NCBI GenBank assembly: GCA_963788195.1
Contig: CAWBGA010000012.1
Coordinates: 30,121-94,120, forward strand
DNA: 64,000 nucleotides
Reading direction: 5' to 3'
DNA from: Nitrospirota bacterium
GTDB lineage: Bacteria > Nitrospirota > Nitrospiria > Nitrospirales > NS-4
Within the stretch, counting starts at the first letter, position 1. Each line of letters starts with the position of its first letter. A model generated the notes under the pieces. The model was not told where the DNA came from. It worked only from the letters and a program-made list of their open reading frames with translations, and searched no databases. This document shows positions 30,994 to 41,797 of the stretch, piece by piece. The position numbers were made by a program, and so were the translations under genes.

Positions 30994-32004
30994 TCACGAG
31001 GCAAGACGCGCTGGAGCGGTCTGAAGCAGTCGCTGCAATATGTTCAGCACACTCTCTGGAGTGCTCCCGAGGCAGGTCCGGTCGCTGCAGGCTGCTTGCG
31101 TCTCCCGTGTCAGGCATCGGCAACCGCTCTGGGCTCGGAGGGCGACCAGATTTTTTCTTCGCAATCCCCATATCGCCGGGTCGGTAGGGCCGAACACTGC
31201 CACGGTTGGAAGACCTAGCGCTGTGGCCACATGCGTGAGGCCGGAATCGTTCCCCAAAAATGCGTCGCACTGAGACAACACGCCCATCACACTCACGAGA
31301 CTCACGTCTCGCAACCGGGGCAGAGGAATGGAAATCCGGCTGGCAACAGCCTGACTTACTTCTCTGTCTGCCGGACCTTCAATGAGAACCACCTGTATAC
31401 CGTTTCGTTGCAAGCCGTCGACCACGCGCGCAAACCGGTCAGATGACCAGCACTTAGTCGGGCTGCCGCTCCCGGCATGCACGGCAACGAGGTGATCAGC
31501 ATCCACATTGATGCCGTAGTCAGAGAGCCACTGCGCACCCTTTTTTTGATCGTTCTCTGTTGCTGTGAGCTTCGCCTCTGGAAGAGGCTCGGACGGCAGT
31601 TGGTCGCTCAGCGTCGCCCAAAAGCGGTCGGTGGCATGGAGGTCACTTTTTTCAGAGAGTCCCGGTGAACTCACGATCACTTGAGGCCCCTTTAACGACT
31701 GGAGCGCCGCTTTTATGCTACCGTCACGGTCTGCCAGCCACGCCACAACCAACTGAAACTGTGAAAAGAATTTACGGACCGCAGGCGGCATTTCGGACAG
31801 AGAAAACAACCCACGATATTCCGGACCTTCGATAGAATTCATCGTATCTACCGGAGAGCGTCCGGGCAACACATCTACAAGCCCGGGGTGTCCCAAAACG
31901 TGGAGCGAGGAAGGACGGTTACTTGATTTCAACGCCGCGAGGACGGGCAACGCAAGGATCGTATCGCCCACTGAGCCTGGATGTATCACAACAATTGAAG
32001 TCAT
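30994..32004 (-). CDS. glycosyltransferase family 9 (heptosyltransferase-like)
   Basis: PGSVGD, HAGSGSPTKCW, GNDSGLTHVA and VFGPTDP..W motifs. Confidence 0.88.
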   Translation of the reverse strand: MTSIVVIHPGSVGDTILALPVLAALKSSNRPSSLHVLGHPGLVDVLPGRSPVDTMNSIEGPEYRGLFSLSEMPPAVRKFFSQFQLVVAWLADRDGSIKAALQSLKGPQVIVSSPGLSEKSDLHATDRFWATLSDQLPSEPLPEAKLTATENDQKKGAQWLSDYGINVDADHLVAVHAGSGSPTKCWSSDRFARVVDGLQRNGIQVVLIEGPADREVSQAVASRISIPLPRLRDVSLVSVMGVLSQCDAFLGNDSGLTHVATALGLPTVAVFGPTDPAIWGLRRKNLVALRAQSGCRCLTRETQAACSDRTCLGSTPESVLNILQRLLQTAPARLAS

Positions 32005-32588
32005 GCTTCGATCCAATTTCTCGCGATGGCCAGGTCTTCGGGCGTGTTGATATTAAAAAAGGAGCGCAGCTCAGGATCCACCGCTTCGAAGACAGATTGA
32101 GGAATGCGATCCACACGGAGTTCCGGGATCTCGCATAAATCCTGGACCTTTAACCGTGAGCGATCAATGAGCTCCTTCAGGTACGGCAGGCAGACCTTTG
32201 AGTAGACGGCATGCATCGGCTGGAGCTTACCGTTTAGGTCCGGGATGATGATGTCACCCCGCTCCGCCCGCTCAAGGACAATTTTGATCGTTGCCGGGGA
32301 AAGGCACGGCATGTCAACTGCCGCAGCGAACACACGGTCGCCGGCGGCATGGAACAAGCCGGTGTAGAGTCCGCCGAGCGTGGCCGCGCCGGGGATCAGA
32401 TCTTCCACAACTCGGACCCCCATTGATTGAAACGGTCCCTTCGCGTCAGCGACGATCAGAATCTCATCAAAGAAATCCTTATAGGCGTCCAGGACACGTT
32501 GCAAGCAGCTCCTCCCCCCAAGCATCAGGAACCGCTTGTCCTGCCCAAGGCGGCGGCTTTTCCCGCCGGCCATGATCAGTCCTGTCAT
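32001..32588 (-). CDS. mobA: molybdenum cofactor guanylyltransferase
   Basis: MAGGKSRRLGQDK, VDMP, PMHAVY and FFNINTPEDL motifs. Confidence 0.92.
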   Translation of the reverse strand: MTGLIMAGGKSRRLGQDKRFLMLGGRSCLQRVLDAYKDFFDEILIVADAKGPFQSMGVRVVEDLIPGAATLGGLYTGLFHAAGDRVFAAAVDMPCLSPATIKIVLERAERGDIIIPDLNGKLQPMHAVYSKVCLPYLKELIDRSRLKVQDLCEIPELRVDRIPQSVFEAVDPELRSFFNINTPEDLAIARNWIEA

Positions 32589-32671
32589 TGCGTTGTTTCT
32601 TCTTTCAAAGCCGCTCCGCCGCCAAACCTCTTTGGGCGAATCGCCGGCCTTTTAGAAATAGAAGAAGGAAT

Positions 32672-32703
32672 AAAAAAAGGGGGTGGGACGAACCCACCCC
32701 CTT
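32672..32703 (-). terminator. Rho-independent terminator ending the respiratory cluster
   Basis: GGGGGTGGG/CCCACCCCC stem followed by a T7 tract on the minus strand, just after the stop at 32730. Confidence 0.8.
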
Positions 32704-32729
32704 CATCTTGGCGGTCCTGAACCGACAGC

Positions 32730-34513
32730 TTAGGTGTTGTTATTCATTCTTCTCTTGCTGGCGCGTCGGCGCAGAATCCAACCTTCAGCAATGATCATCC
32801 CGACAGCCATGAGGATCGGATACACCTTCGCTTCAACCGGAATAGGCTGCTGAAGAATGCTGTAGTAGAACGCGGACACCGCCATCTTCAGGCCGGCGTC
32901 GCCGTTGTGCCCGTCCCAGCCGAAGAATACCGTGGGAATATATTTGCCAACCTGGAACTGGACGTCGGCGTCCTTGTCCTCGGTCATCAGCGCTCGTTTC
33001 ACGATGACCGTCCAGCGACCATCCTTAAACTCACTCTTCAGTACTTTCAAAAGCGCTGACGCGTCAGTCCGCTCTTCAAGAGGCTGATCCCAGCCCGCTC
33101 CCGTATAGGCCTTGGCGGTCCCATTGGCTTCCCACTTCCAGATGTCGACGTGGCGCTTTTCCTCACCATGCAGATACCGCGGCTTCTCGGGCGGCGTGAT
33201 TTCTTCCCACTTCGACGGGAACTGGATCGCGATCGCGTCGTTATAAACCTCGTACGTGTTCTGCTTCGCCGCGATCGAATCCGGCTCGCCGGTCGTGGGA
33301 GGAGCCTCCGTGATGGGCTTTACTTCGACTCCCGCCGCGGCCTCGCTCTTGGTGCGGTCATCCCACTGGAACATGAAGGCAATCTCGTTCTTGTTATAGA
33401 TCGAACGCACCCATAAATCGTCAAAGCGGTTCACGAAGTTTCGTGGTTTATGCGTGATCTGCCCGCCCATGCCGATAAAACGCCGAGGCTGCTCCTTCCA
33501 CTTCTTGTCTCCAGGGTCCGATGGGATCTCGCCCTCGATTGGGGCCGATGGGACGACAAAGTTGATTTTCGGCTTGTCGGTTTGCGGATCGATCGATAAA
33601 GGCTCGGAGAAGGGATCTGCTTCCTTCTCCCGTTCGCACACGGAATTCACAAAGTTTGCGATGTGCCAGCGCTCTTCGACCGTGGTGTTGTCGGCGAAGG
33701 ACGGCATCGGCGTCCCGTTCACGCCGGTGGAGAACGTCCGAAAGATATTGTGGATGTTGTAGGGATCCTGCCGGCTTCCCCGGAAGTTCCAGCACTTGTG
33801 CATGTTCGCCGGCTGGATGGCGAATCCCCAGTCATCCTTGAGGTTGAACGGGTTTCCATCGCCTCGGCCTTCTACCCCGTGGCACTCAATGCACTTCTTC
33901 TCGACAAAGAGGGCGGCGCCTTTTTCAATGCTCTCCTTGCTATAAGAGACCTGCTTGATCGCTGACTTATTATTGATGTCGAGGATCGGTATAGGTTTCC
34001 GTCTTATCATCGAACTTCCGGTCTTTGACGAGCTGCATTGTGACAAACGACAGCACCTGAAGACGCTGCTGTTCAGTCAGAATGCCGTCCCAGGAAGGCA
34101 TCGCAGAGCCGGGTAAGCCATGCGTGACGGTTTGAAACAGATCATTCTTGTCCGTGCTATGCGAATCGAAAAGGGGCAACTCTCCGCTGGCCGTATGCCG
34201 GATCTTAAATGTCCCCTGATTGAAGTTCCGGGGGCGCGGCCACAGGCGATCGGCGCCGGGCCCGTCACCGGCCCCATCGACGCCGTGGCACCAGACGCAC
34301 TTTCGAAAATAGATCTTCTTACCCAGCTTCGATCATGGCAGGGTCGGGCTTCGCCGGCGTCGGGCCTTTGATAAATCCTGGGCTGAGCCCTTCGGCGGCG
34401 GTCACATTCCCCGTGGTGAAGAAAATCGCCACGCCCGCCGCGGCCCCCAGACCGAGGGCGATAGCGCTGACCATCAGGCTCTTACGAGTTATGTGGGTGA
34501 GGAAAGCATTCAT
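32730..34513 (-). CDS. diheme cytochrome c fused to a DMSO-reductase type II gamma (EbdC/NxrC-like) heme-binding domain with C-terminal TM anchor; about 3 frameshifts
   Basis: Joined frames give signal/TM, KCVWCHG..GDGP...PRPRNF, GLPGSAMPSW, KKCIECHG, then FQWDDRT..DAIAIQFP..DIWKW..GRWTVIVKRAL..WDGHNGD and a terminal TM helix. Confidence 0.8.
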
Positions 34514-34547
34514 TTCTCGTATCCCCTACTGTTAATAGATGTACAGA

Positions 34548-35478
34548 TTAATCCCAGGTCCGCGGGTAGTACCCCGTGTGCCAGTATTCGAAGAGAATGA
34601 CCTTCCAGATCTCGTCGGTCGTCAAGTGCTGCTCCCAGGGCGGCATCACGGACGCCCACGGGAACCCCTCACGCGGCAATCCGATGCCACCCTTCGCGAC
34701 CCGCCAGAACACAAAGGTCTCTTGAAGCTGCGCAATGGTCCCCGGATCGGTAAAATTCGCGGGAATCGGATTGAACGCATAGGCAAACATGCCACGCCCG
34801 TTCAAGTTGTCGCCATGACAGAAGTGGCAATTCTGGAAAAAGATTTGGCCGCCTTCCCGTACATACTGCAAATACGGCGGCGCCTTCTCATCCCAGGGAT
34901 TTCCATCCTGATGCGTATTTTGAATCATGGTCGGAGTATTTCCCCTCATCGTCAACCCGGAACGGGCTGGACGCCGTCTGGAGCACCACCGTCTTGCCAT
35001 GGACTTTTGTGCTTGCAGGGGGCGCCGGATGCACGGTACGCAACTCGATGGGCTCATCGACGTTCGGCTTCATGCTGTTGAAGCCGAGCCAGCCGACTAA
35101 AAACGGTAAAATAATCACTATCGCGATCTTAAGCACCCACGTGCCACCGCTCGTGGCATCAGCGACCTTGATGATCGGGCGACGGAAATCCTGCCAGGCT
35201 TCCTCGGTCGAGGACACCCACATGAAGATTCCGATCAGGGTCATCGTCGCATAAATTGCGCGGACGCTGAACGGAATCGGCGGGTACACGCGATACGTGA
35301 AATAGAACGATCGAGAAGAGAAACAACAGCGTCGCCTGCAGAAGCTTGTTGACCTTGAATCCCATCTTCTTATCGAGAAGATAGAACGTCCCGATAAACA
35401 GGAGGGCGAGCGCCCCCATCTCCAGCAACATCTGGAACGGGCATGTAGCCTTCGACTAATTTAGGTGGCCACGTGCAT
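34548..35478 (-). CDS. membrane-bound monoheme cytochrome c (several frameshifts)
   Basis: N-terminal TM helices (ORFs 35159..35431 and 34888..35289), then QNCHFCHGD...PIPANFTD...SVMPPW; GGAG RBS before ATG 35478. Confidence 0.8.
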
Positions 35479-35537
35479 ATCGTGATCTCCTGTAGCAAGC
35501 GTGTCTCAAAATGTTCGTCAGGTTCGTCATGAACGGC

Positions 35538-36973
35538 CTACTGGATCTTCGGCGGTGGCTTCCCTTCTTCGAGCTGAGATAGATAATCGATGATCTTGTT
35601 AATGGCCGCGGCGTTCAGTTTCTTCCCAAAGTCCTTCGGCATGATCTTGTCCGGAAATGGCTTGACCACATAGGCGCTCGGGTCGATGATCGATTCCATA
35701 ATATACTCGCGAACCGAGGTCGCCTTCCCTTTATAGGCGGAATCCTTCAGCCTAAGCGGAGCATTCGTCTTCTCGACCAGCTTGGGTCCCACCGCCCCGA
35801 CAGCGCCCGGGATACCTGGGATCGTGTGGCAGGCAAAGCAGAGGGCCTTCGTGAAAATCTGATCCACCGGCTCGTCCCCCGTGACCACCGGTGCGCCGGG
35901 AACCGGGCGCTCCGGGGGCGCCGGGCGCGCCGGCCGGCTTTCGGGCGGTCGGCCTCCGGAATGAATTTCTTGTAGGCTGTCCACGATCTCTTCATACGGC
36001 GGAGGCTCGCCCCCCTCTCTGGCGAATAACCATGTGTCCACCGCCACCATCTCGTCTATCGTCAGACCGATAGGCGCCTTGTGGATCGCCGGCATGGGGC
36101 TTTCTTTATCGTTCGTGCCCTTCACCCCGAAGCCGACCACTACGTAGCAATTGGGGCACGCATGTGATTCGGCAATATACTCCGCGGCAGTCTTCGCCGT
36201 GCCGCACCCAGGGCACGCCTCTTTTTGGATTGTATCGCGCTTGCTGGGGTCAGCCTGCTATACCGAGGGTCTTTCAGTTGTTCAACGGCGCGCGTGGGAA
36301 TGCCGAAAAGGTTGGGCGCTCTCTCGCTTAGGAATCCCTTCTGAAAGCCATGGCAGAGGGGACACTGCCCCTTGCCGATAGCCCCCTGCGTGCCGCTCGC
36401 CCCCACGGCTCCGAATATGATTTTTTCACCCAGGTCGGCCCGTTCAGACACAGACATTTTGCTGACATCCTCCGACTTTTCTTCCAACGGAGGGGGATCG
36501 GCTTTCACCTGAGGCAGCCAGTTTCCAAAACCGGCCAGACAGGCTGCGACGAAGAACATGAATCCCCCAATCTGGAGGAGAACGCGAACCCCGGTGAAGT
36601 ACATCGCCATCATGAAGCAGGCCGCCGTGAACATGACGAGCGATACGGGAAGGAATCTCGGCTCGCCGGGCGCGCCCGCGCTTTCATCATTAAAATTCAT
36701 CGCATAATTTGCAATGGCGATGAAAAACATGCTGTAGCCGAGAAGGCCGACGAGGGTCTTGAACACCAACTCGCTTTTGTGAGGATCATTCTTGCGGCCG
36801 AACTGAAAATAAAGCAGAAGACCGACAATCACGAGACCGCCGGGCCAGCCGATATGGAAAGCTCGGCGCATGAGCTGGGATGCACCGGACTCTGGGAGCA
36901 TGAAAAGTAACGTTCCCGCAGTGGCAATAATTAGTAAAGCGGTAATAGCGCCCAAGACCTTAGCCGTTAACAT
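35538..36973 (-). CDS. polytopic membrane diheme cytochrome c with two extra CxxC motifs (frameshifts near 36245, 35975 and 35925)
   Basis: About 5 N-terminal TM helices, CPLCH, EACPGC, SHACPNC and CFACH across joined frames. Confidence 0.8.
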
Positions 36974-37055
36974 TCATTCCTCCACTCCTCCCATCACGGT
37001 GGTCAGCCTCCCGCGCCCATCACAACAGATGAGCGCGAGAGGCCTCTGTGACTAG

Positions 37056-38998
37056 TTAATGGCTTCCAGCCGGGAGCGGCACCTTCTGCCCCGCGGGCAC
37101 CGCGACCGGGACCTTTTTGACTCCTAAGGACCCGAGCCAGAACACGAAGAGGATCGTTACCCAGAAAAACAGCACGTTAAAGGAAATCATGTTGGCGCCG
37201 AAGCCGATGGTGTGAGTAAAGGCCCACGGCGAGTTATCGCGCATGATTTCATTCACATGCCAGAACAGCCGCACCGATGAACGGATATACCCCATTAAAC
37301 CCATCATCCAGGTAAAAGCTGTGGCTAGCATGATGAGCGCATACTGCGATCGGACGGAAATTTGGCCCCAGGCTATGGGCCCGGTGTCTTTCGCTCCTTT
37401 CAACATCAAGGAGTTGAGAATGACTCCTATGAATAGACACGACAATGTCGTCGCTACCTGAGGTACAGAGAGCCCTACTCGAACATTCGCGGGTATGTAA
37501 TACCCGTAAATCGCCAGCCAAATAATGTTGATATAGGCCATCGTGAACATCGCGAACAGGAAGGAGTTACCGAGCGACGCCCACTTCACCGTTGGAATCT
37601 TATTGGCCCGCTGGTACATGATGAAGCTCAGGACGGTGGTCGTAATGATCGTATTGATCGCCCCGTTCTTCGCAGACATCACGCCGTAGTTGCCCAACAC
37701 CGGGTGCTGTTGACCACCCATCGCCTTGAGTTCGGCCGGGGTCATAACGATCGTGTGCGGCGTTAGCCAGACGATGAAGCAGGTGATCAGAACAAACACC
37801 ATGTACTTGATGTACTTCTGATACCGCTCGGCGCCGCGCATCCGCTCCATTCCCTGCCACAGGTAATAATTCGTCGTGAGGAACAGCGCCCCGATCATGA
37901 CTGCCTGAATGATAAACAGCCAGGCCAGCAGGCCGCCCATTAAAGTTATTCCCATCTGCTGACGGTAGGCGTACACCTCTCGCATTAACCAATATCCGGC
38001 AAACGGCAGAGGGATCAGGAAGCAGACCCCTATAAACATCGCGACATAGCCCATCCAGTCATAGTGGGCGCGTTCCTCATCCGTCTTGGCCGTGAGGAAC
38101 CGATACGCAGCATAGGCCGCCACCACTCCTCCGCCAAACGCCATGTTTCCAAGAATCCGGTGGACATTGATCGGATTCCACAGAGTCGTATGAATCACAT
38201 GCCAGATATTCCCCAGGTACCGACCTTCGGCATCAACGCCGGCAGGCGACTGCATGAACGCGATCCACGAATTCGCCAGCATCATCAACACTGTCCCGAT
38301 CACATTCAGAACGACCGACATGCTGACATGGATCCACTTGAGGAATCCCTCGCGCATCTTGTCCCAACCGTAATAATAGATGTAGAGAGTCCCGCTCTCT
38401 GCTACAAAAAGCAGCGCGTAGGTGTGCATCACCGGCCTGAAGATACTGGAAAGATATCCGAAGAAGGTCGGGTAAAGCGTCAGGTAGGTAAAGACTAAGA
38501 TGCCACCCAAGATCGCTGTCAGCGAATACGCCGTGAGGCTGATCTTGACGAAGTCATAGGCGAGTTGATCATATTTCCTGGAAAGCGCCTTGTCTTTGGT
38601 AATGACTCCCAGATATTCAACGATCATGCAGAAAATGGGGACCGCCAGCACGAAGCTCCCATAATAGAGGTGCTGCTGGTTTGCGACCCAAAGAAGCACC
38701 CGGCTTTCGAAATTGTAACGCGGGTAGTCCTTAGGACCGTCTACGGTTTTGGGAGCGGGGGCTCCTACTACCGGCCCTTCAGTCTTGAACCAAACGTCCC
38801 GGGACTTCTCCACAGGCTTTGCATCGGCAGCTGCAGCCGCGGCCTGGCCGCCGGAGCCGGGGCCGCTGGCGCCGGCGTTTCGCCGCTTGCGCCTGTCGGA
38901 AGCGAGAGGAACAGGGGCAAGAACAAAAGCCCGGTAAATGCTCCGAGCGCCAAGAACGCCCAGATCTTCTTACGGGCTTGCTTTGTCATGGTAGCCAT
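37056..38998 (-). CDS. cytochrome bd-like oxidase subunit I (CydA-like), copy 1; frameshift near 38820-38850
   Basis: QQHLYYGSFVLAVP (first heme His), AESGTLYIYYYGWD, ANSWIAFMQSPAG, NPINVHRI and GYIRSSVRLFWHV; polytopic; N-terminus in ORF 38768..38998. Confidence 0.85.
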
Positions 38999-39060
38999 GG
39001 AGTACCTCCTTCAAAACGACTGAAAAGCATAGTCATGCCTTCAGCCTTCTAGACAAGGTC

Positions 39061-39209
39061 TTACTTTCGAAACATGTAAAAGTAATCCGAGCCCCTGCAT
39101 ATTCATAAGAGCCCAGTCCAACCACGTAAAATACGCCGTCGCAACGACCAGCGATCCAATGGCAAAGGCGATTTTCTTCCCGGTGAAAATGACTCTCCTG
39201 ATCCGCCAT
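39061..39209 (-). CDS. small single-TM membrane protein (frameshifted)
   Basis: GGAGGGAG RBS; joined frames MADQE.VIFTGKKIAFAIGSLVVATAYFTWLDWALMNMQGL.YFYMFRK*. Confidence 0.55.
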
Positions 39210-39258
39210 CACTCCCTCCGCCATAAAAATTAGATTCTACAAAATTCGAGTCTATGAG

Positions 39259-39399
39259 TCAGCAAGGGCACGGCGTCCCGGCAAACCACCAGAAGAACCA
39301 GATGCCCATGGCTGCCGTCGCATAGAATATTGCCTTCCCAATCCTGATCTTCCACTCCGGATCTTTGACTGTCGGCCCACTCGCTGCATATTCAGCCAT
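39259..39399 (-). CDS. small single-TM membrane protein ending in CPC
   Basis: AGAGAGGG RBS; MAEYAASGPTVKDPEWKIRIGKAIFYATAAMGIWFFWWFAGTPCPC. Confidence 0.7.
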   Translation of the reverse strand: MAEYAASGPTVKDPEWKIRIGKAIFYATAAMGIWFFWWFAGTPCPC

Positions 39400-39539
39400 A
39401 GCGCCCTCTCTTGGTTTAAATAATTGAGCTATGAACGAAAAATCACCTACGGAGCCGATCATCCATCTTGACACATTCTCGACAGTTATGTTACTCACAA
39501 AGTATCCGAAGTATGGGTAAAGATACAAGATTGTTCGAC

Positions 39540-39568
39540 ATTATAGTTTTGGCCGGAATGGTTGTCAA
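39540..39568 (-). promoter_or_regulatory. perfect-consensus sigma70 promoter for the small-protein/CydA-like/cytochrome operon
   Basis: TTGACA-accattccggccaaaac(17 nt)-TATAAT on the minus strand with an AT-rich upstream tract. Confidence 0.85.
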
Positions 39569-39619
39569 TATAATTCTTGCTGTCTTCCTTTTGGTATATT
39601 ACTTTGATTTATTATAGAG

Positions 39620-40492
39620 TTACAATGCTTTTTGCTGGTCGGTAAAAGCCCCCTCCGCCGCGCTTTTCGCGCACCGAAATCCGATAGTTGTATCTCTGAA
39701 TTCCGGGATCATTTTAAGCCGAATCGTGAGTCGAGTTTCACGTCCAATGGTGCCCCACGACGATCCCCGGATCACCCTGTAAAACCCATCAGCAGGCCCC
39801 TTCGGATTCGGCTGATTCTGTTTATAGCTGTCCTCTTGGTACCAGTCGGCAACCCATTCCATGGCATTTCCGTCCATGTCGTAGACCCCGAACGGACTTT
39901 TGTCATGGGTGAAACTCCCTACGGGGGAGGTAAATTCAGCCGTATCAGCGTTCCCCGTATTGGCCCAGCCCTGCTTATCTTCATTGCCCCAAGGCCATAA
40001 AAAACCCTCCGTGCCGCGGGCGGCCTTTTCCCATTCGGCCTCGGTGGGAAGCCGAGCTCCACGGTGGCGGCAATATGCATCGGCGTCATCCCACGAGACA
40101 TAGACGGCAGGCTGCTGGGGTGCGCTCAATTTTTCAAAATGCTTGACATACCGTGAGATGGGCTTCCGGTGGCCTGTCGCATCGACAAAAGCGAAATAGC
40201 TTCCATAGGTGACTTCATAACGATCAATCCAGTAGGCGTCGAGCATGACAGGGGCTTCCGGTTTTTCGTCGAAACCGCCTCCGGTGTAACCTCTCAAGAA
40301 CGACCCCTTAGGGATAAAAACCATCTCCTCTTTGAAGGAATCGCGAGGGATCGATCGTGGCGTCCCCTGCGTTGACGGTTCGACTTCCACCGCGCTGGGC
40401 CTCAAAACATCGAGAACAATGCCGCCAATCGGCAGGCCTGCAAACAGCAGTGCCAGGAGGAAGAATGCCCACTTCATTCGTTTGTCTAGCAT
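39620..40492 (-). CDS. formylglycine-generating enzyme (SUMF1/PvdO) fold protein, membrane anchored
   Basis: N-terminal TM; YEVT, VSWDDADAYC, RLPTEAEWEKAARG, DMDGNAMEW and GFRCA motifs. Confidence 0.88.
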   Translation of the reverse strand: MLDKRMKWAFFLLALLFAGLPIGGIVLDVLRPSAVEVEPSTQGTPRSIPRDSFKEEMVFIPKGSFLRGYTGGGFDEKPEAPVMLDAYWIDRYEVTYGSYFAFVDATGHRKPISRYVKHFEKLSAPQQPAVYVSWDDADAYCRHRGARLPTEAEWEKAARGTEGFLWPWGNEDKQGWANTGNADTAEFTSPVGSFTHDKSPFGVYDMDGNAMEWVADWYQEDSYKQNQPNPKGPADGFYRVIRGSSWGTIGRETRLTIRLKMIPEFRDTTIGFRCAKSAAEGAFTDQQKAL

Positions 40493-40520
40493 CTCGGGAA
40501 CTGAATGGAGATGAGGAGAT

Positions 40521-41411
40521 TTAGGTACCGCCGTCCTTTGCGCAACGAAAGCCGATCGTCGCATCGGTCCGCCAGATTCTCGCTTGGAAGCGCTTCGCAA
40601 CCCGTGCACCGGCCGGCGATTCCCGCCAGGATCCTCCCCGTATGACCCGGTTCTGTCCGTCTTCAGGGCCCTTCGGGTCTCGATACGGGCTCTTTGCATA
40701 ATACTTATCGTCGTAGGTATCGGCTACCCATTCCGCGATGTTGCCGGCCATGTCATAGAGTCCGTAAAAACTGCGTCCCGCCTCGAACTTGCCGGGAGGC
40801 GCTAAATATTTATATCCGTCTTCGGGTCCGTCCAAGTTGGCATATTGGGGACCCATGGTATTACCCCATGGATATTTTCGGGTTCCTTCCCCTTTTGCAG
40901 CCTTTTCCCATTCGGCTTCGGTTGGAAGGCGCTTGCCGGCCCATTGGCAGTAGGCAGCGGCATCGAACCACGACATGCCCATGGCGGCGTATTCAGGCTT
41001 GATGATTTTGGAGGGATCTTCATCGAATACGGGCACGAACGGCTTGCTACGCTTCGTGGCTTTGATAAAACGGTCATATTCCGCCTGCGTGACCTCATAC
41101 TTATCCATGTAATAGGTCTTCAGATATAGCTGATGCTCGGGGGCTTCATCATGATCCCCGTCAGAGCTTCCCATTTTGAACGGACCTTCGGGGATTTCTA
41201 CCATGACGCGGCCTTCATCGCCGACAATGGTTTTGTACAGTGTGTAGTCGTTGACGGTCGCGGCCACCGGCTCTTGCGGGCTGGCCGGAATCTCCGCCAA
41301 CAACGCCTTGTTCTTTGCGGAGTGACGGGACAACATCATCATGCTGATGATCATCAAAAAAAACGCCAGGAACGTGGTCCCGACGCCGATCATTAACCAT
41401 TTGTCTTTCAT
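40521..41411 (-). CDS. formylglycine-generating enzyme (SUMF1/PvdO) fold protein, membrane anchored
   Basis: N-terminal TM; IPEGPFKMGS, RLPTEAEWEKAAKG, DMAGNIAEW, RGGSW and GFRCA motifs. Confidence 0.88.
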   Translation of the reverse strand: MKDKWLMIGVGTTFLAFFLMIISMMMLSRHSAKNKALLAEIPASPQEPVAATVNDYTLYKTIVGDEGRVMVEIPEGPFKMGSSDGDHDEAPEHQLYLKTYYMDKYEVTQAEYDRFIKATKRSKPFVPVFDEDPSKIIKPEYAAMGMSWFDAAAYCQWAGKRLPTEAEWEKAAKGEGTRKYPWGNTMGPQYANLDGPEDGYKYLAPPGKFEAGRSFYGLYDMAGNIAEWVADTYDDKYYAKSPYRDPKGPEDGQNRVIRGGSWRESPAGARVAKRFQARIWRTDATIGFRCAKDGGT

Positions 41412-41788
41412 CGGGAATTTGAGTTCCGTGAAGGAGGCGGCTCGGATGACGCCGATTCTTTGTGTTGCTGCCACAGATCCATGAGCATACCCAACTGCAC
41501 GCCTACAAAGCCGCCCACTGCGCCTCCAACTCCCGCACCCAGCGGGACGGCCTCACCCCCTGCAACGAAACCAAAGAGACCTGCCCCCAGTAACGCCCCG
41601 CAGACGATGCTGATAAAAAAGCGGCGGCCTCCTAAGATCCCGATAAACAACCCTAACAACATTCCAACGATGCCGGCTACCCAGATACTGCCGGTCGTAT
41701 TCATATAATATCCGATTGCCGCACCGACGATCCCGAAGACGACCGCGCCAAAAATCATATCGACGGATGGCCTGATTCCAAGTGTCAT
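41408..41788 (-). CDS. small glycine-rich membrane protein
   Basis: Several GxxxG TM helices; translationally coupled to the next gene. Confidence 0.7.
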   Translation of the reverse strand: MTLGIRPSVDMIFGAVVFGIVGAAIGYYMNTTGSIWVAGIVGMLLGLFIGILGGRRFFISIVCGALLGAGLFGFVAGGEAVPLGAGVGGAVGGFVGVQLGMLMDLWQQHKESASSEPPPSRNSNSR

Positions 41789-41797
41789 CTGGAGACT

